From Clostridiales bacterium UBA7103 (GTDB lineage: Bacteria; Bacillota; Clostridia; Oscillospirales; Oscillospiraceae), in contig DKYJ01000032.1 of the NCBI GenBank assembly GCA_002493305.1, positions 16,141 to 80,140 on the forward strand: 64,000 nucleotides of DNA, read 5' to 3'. Positions within the stretch are counted from its first letter, which is position 1. Every line of letters starts with the position of its first letter. The notes beneath the pieces are model-generated. The model saw nothing but the letters and a program-made list of their open reading frames with translations. It had not been told where the DNA came from and made no database searches. Position numbers and translations under genes: made by a program. Shown one piece after another: positions 18,085 to 28,187 of the stretch.

Positions 18085-19151
18085 ACAACATTGCTAAAAT
18101 CCGGAAAGCACTTATTGAAAACGATCTTGACGCGCTGCTCATCACCGATGAGAAAAATCAGCGCTACGCGGCGGGCTTCCCCTTTACCGACGGCTATGTC
18201 CTCGTCACAAGGGAGAAAGCCTGGCTCATTACCGACTCCCGCTACATCGAAGCGGCGGAGCTTGCCGCCGGCGGCTGCGCCACGGTGCAGATGTATGACC
18301 GGCAGCACAGCGCTCTGAGCCTTGTCAAGGCTGCGCTTACCGAGGCGGGAGTATCCCGGCTCGGCGGCGAAGAGCGCAAATTAAGTCACGGCGATTATCA
18401 GGACATCGAAAAAGAGCTGGGGCTGCCCCTGCTCCCGGCGCAGCAGCTCCTTGCTGATCTCCGCGCCTCAAAGAGCGCCGAGGAGATCGCCAGCATGATA
18501 AAGGCGCAGCGGATAAGCGAGGCCGCGCTTGAAGAGACGCTGCACATTATTAAGCCTGGCATGACCGAACGCGAGGTCGCCGCGGAGCTGGTTTACCGCA
18601 TGCTGCGCCACGGCAGCGAGGGCAATTCTTTTGACCCCATTGTTGTCACCGGCGCAAAGACCAGCATGCCCCACGGCGTGCCCGGAGACGAGGTCATCAA
18701 GTCCGGCGATTTTATTACCATGGACTTCGGCAGCCTTAAGGACGGCTACTGCTCCGACATGACGCGCACCGTCGCCGTTGGCAGCGCAAGCGAGGAAATG
18801 CGCAATGTTTACTCCGTGGTGCTTGAGGCTCAGCTTGCCGGCATAGCCGCTGCCAAAGCCGGCGTTCCCGGCAAGGTCATTGACGGCGCGGCGAGAGCGG
18901 TCATCGAAAAAGCGGGCTACGGCGAGTATTTTGGCCACGGCTTCGGCCACAGTCTGGGGCTCGATATCCACGAGGCACCCAACGCCAACCCCCGCGGCGA
19001 AGCGCTTATGCCCGAGGGCGCTGTGGTCAGCGCCGAGCCGGGGATATACCTGCCAGGCCGCTTCGGCGTGCGCATCGAGGATGTTATGGTGCTGCATAAC
19101 GACGGGGCGGAGGTCATCACCAAAGCGCCCAAGGAGCTTATCATCCTGTAA
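18081..19151 (+). CDS. M24-family Xaa-Pro aminopeptidase
   Basis: Creatinase N-domain plus the metal ligand pattern DFG..DGYCSDMTR, HGFGHSLGLDIHE, EPG, IED. Confidence 0.85.
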   Translation: MNNIAKIRKALIENDLDALLITDEKNQRYAAGFPFTDGYVLVTREKAWLITDSRYIEAAELAAGGCATVQMYDRQHSALSLVKAALTEAGVSRLGGEERKLSHGDYQDIEKELGLPLLPAQQLLADLRASKSAEEIASMIKAQRISEAALEETLHIIKPGMTEREVAAELVYRMLRHGSEGNSFDPIVVTGAKTSMPHGVPGDEVIKSGDFITMDFGSLKDGYCSDMTRTVAVGSASEEMRNVYSVVLEAQLAGIAAAKAGVPGKVIDGAARAVIEKAGYGEYFGHGFGHSLGLDIHEAPNANPRGEALMPEGAVVSAEPGIYLPGRFGVRIEDVMVLHNDGAEVITKAPKELIIL

Positions 19152-19179
19152 TTTAAGTGACTAAGCGAGAGAGAAAGAC

Positions 19180-21579
19180 TTGAAACAGAACAAAACAATG
19201 CTGCTGCTGTCTCTGTTCGCGGCAGTTCTCGTGGTACTGAATTTAATAATTCCTGACCGGCGACAGGAGCCTGTCCCGGCGGAAAGCTCCGCTCCTGTGG
19301 AAAGCCCCGCCGCCGAGCCTTTGCCGGCGAAAATCGTCATCTCCGAGCTGATGATAAAAAACCGCGCCTGTCTTATGGCGGCCGACGGCAGCTTTCCCGA
19401 CTGGATAGAGCTGTATAACCGCTCCGGGGAGAAGGTGTCCCTTGAGGGCTGGGCTATAAGCGACAGGGAGGGGGAGCGCGGGAGCGTTTTTCCTGATATA
19501 AGCCTCGCCCCCGGGGAGCGGCTGCTTGTCTATGCCGACAAAAAGGGCGGCATGGACGCTCTGCACGCGAATTTCGCTCTCTCAGAGGGGGAAAGCGTGT
19601 TTCTCTATGACCAGAACGGCTTTCTTGCCTGCTGCGTCCCCTGCGGAGAACTGGGGGCCGATGTGTCCCTGAGCCTTGGCGAGGACGGGGAATACAGCCT
19701 AAGCCTTTACCCCACGCCCGGGCAGGAGAACACGCCTGCCGGGTATGAGGCGATTCAGTGCGCCCTTGAAACGCCGGCAGGCCTGAGCATAAACGAGGTG
19801 GCGGTGGCCAGCTATGACCGTTTCAGCGGAGACACGAGCCTTGACTGTGACTGGGTGGAGCTTAAAAATAACTCCGACAGCACCGTGGAGCTGGGGGATT
19901 TCTTTCTCTCCGACGATGATGACGACCTGCATAAGTGCCGCCTGCCGCAGACGAGCCTTGCCCCGGGGCAGGTATACCTGCTCTGCTGCGACGGGCAGGA
20001 TCAGTTCGTAAACGGCTATGACTGGCTGAAAATGGATCTGGATTCCGTCTCCGAGGAGCTGTATCTCAGCAGCGCCGGGGGAATAGTCGACTATGTCTCC
20101 CTGCGGGATATACCCTATGCCTGCAGCTACGGCAGAGTGCCGGGGGAAAACGGCTGGTTCTATTTTGACGAGCAAAGCCCTGCCATGGAAAACGGCAGCG
20201 GGTATCGCCGCGTTTCCAAGGCGCCCACAGCCCTGACCGAAGACGGCGTGTTTGAAAATGTGTCCTCGGTGACGGCGGAGCTTCAGGGCGAGGGCGATAT
20301 ATATTACACCACCGATGGAAGCCTGCCCACGACTGAGAGCCGCCTTTATACCGGCCCCATAACCGTGAGCGAGACGGGCACGATTCGCGCGATAGCCGTT
20401 GAGGACGGGGCGATGCCCTCCCGCGCGCTGACGCTCAATTACTTTATAAACGAAGGGCACAGCCTGCCGGTGCTGAGCCTTTCTTACGATGACGCCACGG
20501 CCTTTACGCATATGTACGATGTGGGCCGCAAGGATTTTGAGACTCCGGGCAGCCTCTCCCTCTACGAGCAGGGCGGCTCCTTCACAATACCCTGCGGAAT
20601 AAAGATGCACGGGGAGACCAGCCTCACCCTTATGAAAAAGAACATGAGCATCCGGTTCCGGGGTGCTTACGGGCAGGAGACGTTAAATTATGACCTCTTC
20701 GGCGGCGGAGTAACGGAGTTTACGAATCTTGTCGTCCGCGCCGGGCAGGATCAGTACGGCTCCATTATCAGAAACGAGCTTTTTGAAAATCTGGCCCTTC
20801 AGGCCGACAGTGCCGCCGTATCCACCCGCAGCAAATACTGCGTTTTATACATAGGCGGCCGGTACAGCGGTATCTACGCTCTGTCCGAAAAGACCAACGA
20901 GCAGCTATACGCCTCGCGTGAGGGGGTCAGCCGGGACAGCGTTGAGTGCCTTGAGGGCAATGTCCGGCAGGATACGGAGCTTTACGACAAGGTGTTCCGT
21001 TTCTGCTATGATAACGACCTGTCTCTGCCGGAAAATTATGATAAGCTCTGTTCTGTTCTGGATGTGGACAGCATAATAGACTGGGCGATTTTCGAGGGCT
21101 ATTCCGGCAACGAGGATCTGACCAGCGGCAATGTGCGCTACTGTCATTCCACGGAGAACGACGGCAAATGGCGGCTGATGTTCTACGACCTGGACGCGGG
21201 TCTGCGCTCGAAGCAGTCCTGCTTCTACAATGTGCTGGGCGGATACAGCACAGCATACCGCCAGCCCTGCACTCTGCTTGGTGAGCTTATGGCAAATGAG
21301 CAGTTCTGCCAACGCTTTCTGGAGCGGGCGGGGGAGCTTTTGGACGGGGAGCTGAGCGACGAAAGCGTTCTTGCCGAGATCGACCGTCTGGAAGAGCTTC
21401 TTCAGCCTGAGGCAGAGCGCAACTTTGACCGATATGGAAGGACTGAGGAGCAGTGGCACGCGGATATCGAGTATCTGCGCAGCCTTATCAGGGACGGCTG
21501 GAGAGACAGCTGTATTGACGCGCTTTGCGATATTTTCAGCCTGAAAGGCCAGCAGCGCGCTGAATATTTTGGGGAGTAG
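19180..21579 (+). CDS. CotH kinase-family protein with two N-terminal lamin-tail domains and a chitobiase-type Ig-like domain
   Basis: Two LTD-like segments (ISELM..DWIELYN; INEVA..DWVELKN), then GDIYYTTDGSLPT, then a CotH core (RNELFENL, YCVLYIGGRYSGIYALSEK, YDLD). TTG at 19180 or ATG at 19198 are both possible starts. Confidence 0.75.
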   Translation: MKQNKTMLLLSLFAAVLVVLNLIIPDRRQEPVPAESSAPVESPAAEPLPAKIVISELMIKNRACLMAADGSFPDWIELYNRSGEKVSLEGWAISDREGERGSVFPDISLAPGERLLVYADKKGGMDALHANFALSEGESVFLYDQNGFLACCVPCGELGADVSLSLGEDGEYSLSLYPTPGQENTPAGYEAIQCALETPAGLSINEVAVASYDRFSGDTSLDCDWVELKNNSDSTVELGDFFLSDDDDDLHKCRLPQTSLAPGQVYLLCCDGQDQFVNGYDWLKMDLDSVSEELYLSSAGGIVDYVSLRDIPYACSYGRVPGENGWFYFDEQSPAMENGSGYRRVSKAPTALTEDGVFENVSSVTAELQGEGDIYYTTDGSLPTTESRLYTGPITVSETGTIRAIAVEDGAMPSRALTLNYFINEGHSLPVLSLSYDDATAFTHMYDVGRKDFETPGSLSLYEQGGSFTIPCGIKMHGETSLTLMKKNMSIRFRGAYGQETLNYDLFGGGVTEFTNLVVRAGQDQYGSIIRNELFENLALQADSAAVSTRSKYCVLYIGGRYSGIYALSEKTNEQLYASREGVSRDSVECLEGNVRQDTELYDKVFRFCYDNDLSLPENYDKLCSVLDVDSIIDWAIFEGYSGNEDLTSGNVRYCHSTENDGKWRLMFYDLDAGLRSKQSCFYNVLGGYSTAYRQPCTLLGELMANEQFCQRFLERAGELLDGELSDESVLAEIDRLEELLQPEAERNFDRYGRTEEQWHADIEYLRSLIRDGWRDSCIDALCDIFSLKGQQRAEYFGE

Positions 21580-21583
21580 CGCC

Positions 21584-22306
21584 ATGGGAGATACGAAGCT
21601 TACCTTCAGGCGCTACGAGAAGAAATATATGCTCACACCGGAGAAGTATCGGAGTATTATGGCGCGCATCTGCGACTACATAGAGCCGGACGAGTACCCC
21701 CGGAGCACGGTTTGCAGCATTTATTATGACGGCTGGGATTATCACCTTATCCGGCACTCCATAGACAGACCCGTGTATAAGGAGAAGCTCCGCCTGCGCA
21801 GCTATGGCGTGCCCGGGGAAAATGACCCGGTGTTTCTGGAGTTGAAGAAGAAATACAAGGGCGTTGTGTATAAACGCAGAGCGGTTATGCCCGCGGCGGA
21901 GGCTGAGGCCTATCTCGCCGGAAAAGCGGCTCCTGACCGGAGCGGTCAGGTCATCAATGAGATCGACTGGTTTTTGAAGGAAAACAGACCCAGCCCCAAG
22001 GTGCTCATCGCCTGTGACAGAAGCAGCTACCGGGGCCGGGAGGACAAGGAGCTGCGAATAACCTTTGATGAAAATATCCGCTGGCGGCGGGAGGAGCTGT
22101 CTCTCACCGCAGGCAGCCACGGTGAGCCGCTGGTCAAGGACGGCGGCATACTGATGGAGATAAAAATACCGGGCGCCGCCCCTATGTGGCTTGCCCGGGT
22201 GCTCAGTGAACTGGAGATCTTTCCGGCGAGCTTTTCAAAATACGGCACCTGCTATACAAAAAATATCCTCAGAGAGCAGGTGGAAGGGTTGGTTTTTGAT
22301 GTTTAA
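21584..22306 (+). CDS. VTC (polyphosphate polymerase-like) domain protein
   Basis: KLTFRRYEKKYML ... YYD ... LRLRSY ... LELKKK ... ITFD pattern of bacterial VTC-domain proteins. ATG at 21584 lies 7 nt after GGGGAG. Confidence 0.7.
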   Translation: MGDTKLTFRRYEKKYMLTPEKYRSIMARICDYIEPDEYPRSTVCSIYYDGWDYHLIRHSIDRPVYKEKLRLRSYGVPGENDPVFLELKKKYKGVVYKRRAVMPAAEAEAYLAGKAAPDRSGQVINEIDWFLKENRPSPKVLIACDRSSYRGREDKELRITFDENIRWRREELSLTAGSHGEPLVKDGGILMEIKIPGAAPMWLARVLSELEIFPASFSKYGTCYTKNILREQVEGLVFDV

Positions 22307-22961
22307 CAGTGTTATTGGCGCAGAGATGACCGTGTCCGCGTTTCTCATCTGCATGGGCGTGTCCATTGTGCTGGGCGTGCTGTCTGCGCTGGTGTTTTCC
22401 GCGAAGAATTTCCACAGCAGCTCCTTTGCGCAGTCGCTTGCTATGCTGCCGCCTATCGTGACCCTTGTCATAATGATGGTCAACGGCAATATCGGCGCGG
22501 GGCTTGCCGTGGCGGGAACCTTCGCTCTGGTGCGTTTTCGCAGCGTGCCGGGAACGGCGCGGGAAATAACAGGGCTGTTCTTCACCGTGGCGATAGGCCT
22601 TGCCTGCGGCATGGGCTATGTCGGCTTCGCGGCGCTGTTTTTCGTGGTCATGGCGATCTTCACCTCGGCGCTCACGGCGCTGCACTTCGGCGAGGGCGGG
22701 AGCTTTCGCCGCCAGCTCAAGATCACCATTCCCGAGAATCTTGACTATGACGGGCTTTTTGACGACCTTTTTGAGAAATACACCAACAAGCACGAGCTTA
22801 TCCGTGTCCGCACCACCAATATGGGCACGCTCTATGAGCTTACTTACAGCGTAAATCTCAAAAGCGCCGAGATAAGCAAGCAGTTTATTGACGATATCCG
22901 CTGCCGCAACGGGAATTTGAACATCATCTGCGGCAGGGACAACGACAGGGATATAATGTGA
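22299..22961 (+). CDS. DUF4956-type membrane protein
   Basis: The internal Met start overlaps the VTC stop. There are 4-5 TM helices followed by a soluble tail. This gene type commonly follows VTC genes in Firmicutes (from memory). Confidence 0.6.
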   Translation: MFNSVIGAEMTVSAFLICMGVSIVLGVLSALVFSAKNFHSSSFAQSLAMLPPIVTLVIMMVNGNIGAGLAVAGTFALVRFRSVPGTAREITGLFFTVAIGLACGMGYVGFAALFFVVMAIFTSALTALHFGEGGSFRRQLKITIPENLDYDGLFDDLFEKYTNKHELIRVRTTNMGTLYELTYSVNLKSAEISKQFIDDIRCRNGNLNIICGRDNDRDIM

Positions 22962-24202
22962 TGAAAGACTTTAAGAAAATTCTCTCCGCTGTATTGCTTA
23001 CAGCACTCACTTTTGGCCTCTGCGCCTGCGGCGGTTCCCCTGCGGGAGGGACGACGGCAGACGGCCCCGCTTCGGACGAGACGCTCATAACCCTCAGCGG
23101 GGATTCCGCCTCCGTCAAGGGCGGCGGAGCCTCCGCCAGCGGCAGCACCGTGAACATAAAAGCCGCTGGGACTTACCGTGTAAGCGGCAGCCTCGACGAT
23201 GGCTGCGTCATCGTGGACACCGGAGAAGTCGCGACCGAGGTCACGCTCATTTTGGACGGGGCGGACATCTGCTGCACGAGCGGCCCGGCCATACACATAA
23301 AGCAGGCGAAAGACCTGCGCGTTGTTCTTGCCGACGGCTCCGCGAACACACTCACCTCCGGCATAAAGGGCAGCCCCGTGACAGAGGACGCCTCCGGCGC
23401 CGCGCTCTACTGCGAGGACGATATAGACATCGAGGGCAACGGCGCGCTCGAGGTGAGGGCTTATATCAACAACGGCATCGGCAGCAAAAAAGATCTGGAC
23501 ATTAACTCCGGAACTATCTTTGTAAGCGCGGTGAATAACGGTATTCGCGGGGCAAACTCCGTGGAGATAAAGGGCGGCGCAGTGACCGTTCATGCTGATA
23601 ACGACGGCGTGAAGGCTACCGAGACCGAAAAGCCCGGCAAGGGCTATGTCAGCGTCAGCGGTGGGGAAGTCGCGGTGATAGCTATGGGCGACGGGATCTC
23701 CGCCGCGACGGAGCTTAATATCACCGGCGGCACGCTCGCGGTCGATGCCGTGGGCGACGGGCAAGTAAAGAGCAGCAAGGCTCTAAAGGCCGTCACTGAT
23801 TTGAACATCAGCGGCGGCAGCGTCACGCTCCTCTCCTTTGCAAGCACCGCCGCTTCCTGCGACGGGAATATCTGCGTCTCCGGCGGGGAGATCGCCATAA
23901 GCGCCGCAAAGCGCGCCTTTAACGCCACCGGCAGCTTTATCCTCTCCGGAGGCGAGGTGCTGGCCGTCATCGGCTCAGAAAAGAACGCCGCGCCCACCGG
24001 CGGCGGGCAGAGCTATATTTGCGCCCCGCTCAGTGGCAGACTTGGAGACAGCATAACCGTCAGCGGCGAGGTACTGCTGGCCTCCGCCGAAGCGCGCACG
24101 GACTATGCGCAGGTTCTCTATTCCGCGCCCGATATTGCGGCAGGGGAAGAGTACACCGCCGCAAACCAAAACCGCAGCGTCAGCACTGTGGCGTTAAAAT
24201 GA
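22958..24202 (+). CDS. Lipoprotein with beta-helix repeats (Cthe_2159-type carbohydrate-binding-like domain)
   Basis: Lipobox LCACGG. Periodic G..V.I.GG.V.V.A.DDG repeats run through the protein. Confidence 0.6.
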   Translation: MMKDFKKILSAVLLTALTFGLCACGGSPAGGTTADGPASDETLITLSGDSASVKGGGASASGSTVNIKAAGTYRVSGSLDDGCVIVDTGEVATEVTLILDGADICCTSGPAIHIKQAKDLRVVLADGSANTLTSGIKGSPVTEDASGAALYCEDDIDIEGNGALEVRAYINNGIGSKKDLDINSGTIFVSAVNNGIRGANSVEIKGGAVTVHADNDGVKATETEKPGKGYVSVSGGEVAVIAMGDGISAATELNITGGTLAVDAVGDGQVKSSKALKAVTDLNISGGSVTLLSFASTAASCDGNICVSGGEIAISAAKRAFNATGSFILSGGEVLAVIGSEKNAAPTGGGQSYICAPLSGRLGDSITVSGEVLLASAEARTDYAQVLYSAPDIAAGEEYTAANQNRSVSTVALK

Positions 24203-24250
24203 TAAAAGGATAGTATGCAAGCGCCTCCGATCCGGCAGGATCGGGGGCGC

Positions 24251-24279
24251 TTGCCTATTTTGCGCTCATTGTGTATAAT
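24251..24279 (+). promoter_or_regulatory. Candidate promoter of the LysR gene
   Basis: TTGCCT - 17 nt - TATAAT with a TGtG extended -10, about 30 nt upstream of the ATG at 24311. Confidence 0.4.
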
Positions 24280-24310
24280 TAAGAAGCGACATGAGAAAAG
24301 GAGGGCGGAC

Positions 24311-25180
24311 ATGGAGCTGCGCCAGTTGGAGAATTTCATCGAGGTCTGCCGTCAGATGAGCATAACCAAGGCGGCGAACAATATGTACATCACCCAGCAG
24401 GGTATGAGCAAGAGTATCCGCAGCCTTGAAACAGAGCTGGGTGTACCGCTCTTTATTCGCACAGCAAACACCCTCGTGCCCACGGAATACGGCCGCGTGC
24501 TGCTCAAATATGCCGAGCAGATCGACAACTTGTATCTGCAAAGCCTGTACGAGATAAGCAATATCAAAGCCAGCGGCAGCGTCAATCTCAACATAGGCAT
24601 ACCTCATGGGCTTGTGAATATCATGCCCCGAAGCTGCTTTTTGAAGTTCATGGAGAACCACCCGGACATCAGCCTGAGCATGGAAGAGTATGACGACGAG
24701 GTGCTGGACGAGGCGGTTCGCAACGGGACGCTGGACATCGGCTTTTGTGTTGAGCCTGTCTTACGTGAGGGGATAACAGTCCACGCCTCGCAGACCTATA
24801 AAACCTTCTACATGCTTGCCGAGAACCATCCGCTGGCACGGGAGGAATCCATTGATCTGCGCCTTTTGAAGGATGAAAACTTCATCGGCTTCGGTGAGGG
24901 GAACAAGGGTCATAAGCAGCTCGCCGAGCGCTGCCTGCGTGCGGGCTTCACTCCGAAAATCGGCATACACTCAAACGATATGGAGCTTATCCGCCAGATG
25001 TGCCGCATGGGTCTGGGCATCGGCTTCTTTGTGGGCGACGCGAACACAAAGCTGCCGGGGCTGAGCATAGTGCCCGATAAAGTGCCGAATTGGAATCACA
25101 CCATCTGCCTGTGTACAAGCTCCTCAAAATGCCTCAGCGCCGCCGAGCGCGCTTTTTTGGAGGATTTCTCCCGCTGGTGA
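24311..25180 (+). CDS. LysR-family transcriptional regulator
   Basis: MELRQLENFIEVCRQMSITKAANNMYITQQGMSKSIRSLETELG (LysR HTH) plus a LysR substrate-binding domain. AAGGAGGG RBS. The track N-terminus is rejected. Confidence 0.88.
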   Translation: MELRQLENFIEVCRQMSITKAANNMYITQQGMSKSIRSLETELGVPLFIRTANTLVPTEYGRVLLKYAEQIDNLYLQSLYEISNIKASGSVNLNIGIPHGLVNIMPRSCFLKFMENHPDISLSMEEYDDEVLDEAVRNGTLDIGFCVEPVLREGITVHASQTYKTFYMLAENHPLAREESIDLRLLKDENFIGFGEGNKGHKQLAERCLRAGFTPKIGIHSNDMELIRQMCRMGLGIGFFVGDANTKLPGLSIVPDKVPNWNHTICLCTSSSKCLSAAERAFLEDFSRW

Positions 25181-25195
25181 GCAAAGGGGCGTAGC

Positions 25196-25233
25196 CTCCA
25201 CTTTTCTTTTGTCCCGCCAAAAGAAAAGTGGAG
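25196..25233. other. 15-bp perfect stem-loop immediately after the LysR stop
   Basis: ctccacttttctttt-gtcccgcc-aaaagaaaagtggag. No clean T-tract follows, so it may be a terminator or another repeat unit. Confidence 0.5.
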
Positions 25234-25249
25234 AGAAAATAAAATGCGG

Positions 25250-25416
25250 CTTAAGTAAACGATGATTAAATCGGCAAGGCAGATTGCGAGAGAATTTGTG
25301 TTCTGATGAAGGCAGTTTTTTGCAGCCATACTTTGTGTATTGCAAGAAAAACTGACAAAATCAGGGCGCATATTGTCCGCAAGATGCCTTGCCGATTTAT
25401 TCAGCGTTTACTTAGG
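25250..25416. repeat. Imperfect 32-bp inverted repeat pair enclosing ~100 nt (MITE-like or long hairpin)
   Basis: cttaagtaaacgatgattaaatcggcaaggca (25250-25281) against tgccttgccgatttattcagcgtttacttagg (25385-25416). The arms are reverse complements except for a few positions. Confidence 0.6.
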
Positions 25417-25616
25417 GGAGAGGTTTCTCCCTTAAGAATCTCTCTCCGGTGGTGGTTTTAGCATTGTAGCTTCTTAGCTCGCCCTTAGTCGTTACTGCTG
25501 GTTTACCTCGATTGTTATCCTTCTACGGGTTTTTACTGCACGACGCGAATCATCTTTACAAGGCTCGGCTCAAAGTGGGTGAGAATGGGTGTGACTTCTA
25601 ACACCACCGCACTGAT

Positions 25617-25732
25617 CTTGCTTCCACCTGAGGGGGAAGTTTCAAGCCGCTCTGCGGCTTGACGATAGGGGGGCCCTGCGGCAAGGTAAGTCAGGTGCAT
25701 TAATCCCCCTCAGTCAGCTTACGCTGACAGCT
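25617..25732 (+). repeat. GC-rich multi-hairpin repeat, family 1, copy B (3' part diverged)
   Basis: cttgcttccacctgagggggaag ... cgataggggggc ... ccccctcagtcagcttacgctgacagct aligns with copies A and C. Confidence 0.7.
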
Positions 25733-26192
25733 TTTCTCCGCGCTAAGAGCCGCCGCGATGCGGCGGTTGCACTCCAAAACGCGCCTGTGGGTGCAGGCTT
25801 ACACGGGTAAGCCTTTGGAACAGCGCAATTTCAAATCACGCCGCACCCGTCAGCTCACCCCCCGTGGGAAGCGGAGGTTCAGATGGCGTTTGATTTCACT
25901 TCCCGCCCACAACTTATGAAGCGATAAATGAGACGAGCCTTTGCCGGTATCAGCCCGGTATCTCCGGAAGAAAACTCCCGGGGATACCGGGCTTTTCGCG
26001 CCCTTTTGAGGTTAAAAATTTTAGCAAATTGTTAAAAAATCGACACAACTAAAAATTGTGGACACTACAAATTACCGGTGGTGTTTTTTTTAACAATCTA
26101 TTGCTAAAATGTTGTCAACATAAGCTTGAGCCAGTATGAATTTTGCCCGCCCGACTTACTCATTATAAACGAAAAAGAAAAGGAGTGCTGTT

Positions 26193-28178
26193 ATGTACCA
26201 GATCAAGTATCCCAATCTTTTTAAGCCCTTAAAGCTCGGCAGGACTATCCTGCGCAACAGAATTTTTGCCGCGCCCACCGGCTATTGTGACCTGACCCCC
26301 CAGCGCATCGCCACCGAGCCGCTGATGGCCTACTATGAGGCCAAGGCACGCGGCGGCGCGGCTGTTGTCCATGTGGGCGAGGCATATGTAGACTCCGTTC
26401 ACGGTGTGGATATTCCGAAGTTCCTCGCGCTGGACACCGATGAGTGCGTCTCCCACCTCGCCACCGTCGCGGACGCTATCTCCAAGCACGGCGCGGTTGC
26501 TTCTATTGAGCTTATGCACGCCGGCATGTTCTCCAGCCAGTCCTACATCGAGGGCAACACCGTCTGGGCGCCGTCCGAGACCGTTATCGGCGGCGACAGC
26601 GACAAAGCCAGTGCCCGTCTGCACGGCGCGACCCTGCCCGAAATGCCCGAAGAAGCTATCCTTGACACTATTGAAAAATACGCCGAGGCAGCGCTGCGCG
26701 TGAAGAAAGCGGGCTTTAACATGGTTCTGCTCCACGGCGGCCACGGCTGGCTGCTCAACCAGTTCATGTCCCCGCTGGTCAACCACCGCACGGATAAATG
26801 GGGCGGTAGCGTTGAAAACCGCATGCGTTTCCCCATCGCCGTATGCGATAGGATAAAGGAGGTCTGCGGTAAGGATTTCCTGATAGATTTCAGAATGTCT
26901 GCCTCCGAAGCAAACTCTGTCGGCTACGGCATTGAGGACGGCATCGAGATGGCAAAGCAGATAGACGGCCACTGCGATATTATTCACTGCTCCTGCGGCA
27001 ATCACGAGGTCATCGAGTCCTTCGTCGTGATGCACCCCTCCATGTTCCTGCCTGAGGGTGTGAACATGAAGTATGCCGCAGCCGTCAAAAAGGTGGTCAA
27101 GACCCCCGTCGCCACTGTCGGCTCGTTCAGCGACCCCGCCTTCATGGAAAAGGCTATTGCCGACGGCGTTGTCGATGTCATCGAGATAGCCCGCGGCCTC
27201 ATCGCAGATCCCGACCTGCCCAACAAGGCCAGAGCTGGTAAGGACTGCGATATTAACGAGTGCCTGCGCTGCTATACCTGCTTCAGCCAGCTCATAACCA
27301 CCGGCCAGTACGGCTGCGCGATAAATCCCATCATCGGCAGAGAGCTTGAAAACAAGTACGATGTGCCGCCCACGAATAAGCAGAAGGTCGTCATCGTCGG
27401 CGGCGGTATCGCCGGCATGGAAGCGGCGCTTGACTGCGCAAAGCGCGGCCACACCGTCACCCTTATTGAGAAGGCGGCAGAGCTTGGCGGCGTGCTGCTG
27501 ATAGAGAAGGAGGTCTCCTTCAAGAAAAAGCTCGACCTCTACATCCAGCGTCAGGCGCAGCGTGTGCTGAATAACCCCAATATTACCGTTATGCTCAACA
27601 CCCCTGCCACCAAGGAGCTGGTTGACAGCCTTGAGCCTGACGCGGTCATCGCGGCGCTCGGCTCCGTTCCCAAGGTGCCCACCTATCTCAAGGGCTATGA
27701 CAGGAGCAATGTTATGGCTGCCGACTATGCCTACACCCACACGGACGAGGTCGGCAAGAAGGTCGTCGTTATCGGCGGCGGTCTTGTGGGCGCGGAGCTT
27801 GCCATTCATCTGGCGATACTCGGCCACGATGTCACCGTCATGCACCGCCACAGCGAGATAAAGATCGGCGCGAACGGCCTGCACGGTCAGGCCATAGGCG
27901 AGCAGTTCCATATCCGCGGCGTACACACTGCCATGAACACCAGCCCCGTTGAGATAACCGATAAGGGTGTTGTTGGCAAGAGCGCCGAGGGCGAGAAGCT
28001 CTACGAGGCGGACACGGTCATCTATGCCGTGGGTCAGACCCCGCTTGCGGACGAGGCGGAGCAGTTCCGCTTCTGCGCGCCCTGCTTCAGCGTCATTGGC
28101 GACTGCGTTGTCCCCGCGACTATCTATCAGGCGACCTCTCAGGCTTATTATGCAGCAAGAGACATCGGCAGGATATAA
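26193..28178 (+). CDS. OYE-like FMN / 4Fe-4S / FAD-NAD(P) ene-reductase (2,4-dienoyl-CoA reductase / 2-enoate reductase / BaiCD-BaiH family)
   Basis: HGGHGWLLNQFMSP, Cys cluster CLRCYTCF..C, two GxGxxG motifs (VGGGIAGMEAAL, IGGGLVGAELA), AAAGGAG RBS. Confidence 0.85.
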   Translation: MYQIKYPNLFKPLKLGRTILRNRIFAAPTGYCDLTPQRIATEPLMAYYEAKARGGAAVVHVGEAYVDSVHGVDIPKFLALDTDECVSHLATVADAISKHGAVASIELMHAGMFSSQSYIEGNTVWAPSETVIGGDSDKASARLHGATLPEMPEEAILDTIEKYAEAALRVKKAGFNMVLLHGGHGWLLNQFMSPLVNHRTDKWGGSVENRMRFPIAVCDRIKEVCGKDFLIDFRMSASEANSVGYGIEDGIEMAKQIDGHCDIIHCSCGNHEVIESFVVMHPSMFLPEGVNMKYAAAVKKVVKTPVATVGSFSDPAFMEKAIADGVVDVIEIARGLIADPDLPNKARAGKDCDINECLRCYTCFSQLITTGQYGCAINPIIGRELENKYDVPPTNKQKVVIVGGGIAGMEAALDCAKRGHTVTLIEKAAELGGVLLIEKEVSFKKKLDLYIQRQAQRVLNNPNITVMLNTPATKELVDSLEPDAVIAALGSVPKVPTYLKGYDRSNVMAADYAYTHTDEVGKKVVVIGGGLVGAELAIHLAILGHDVTVMHRHSEIKIGANGLHGQAIGEQFHIRGVHTAMNTSPVEITDKGVVGKSAEGEKLYEADTVIYAVGQTPLADEAEQFRFCAPCFSVIGDCVVPATIYQATSQAYYAARDIGRI

Positions 28179-28187
28179 GGGGGATAT

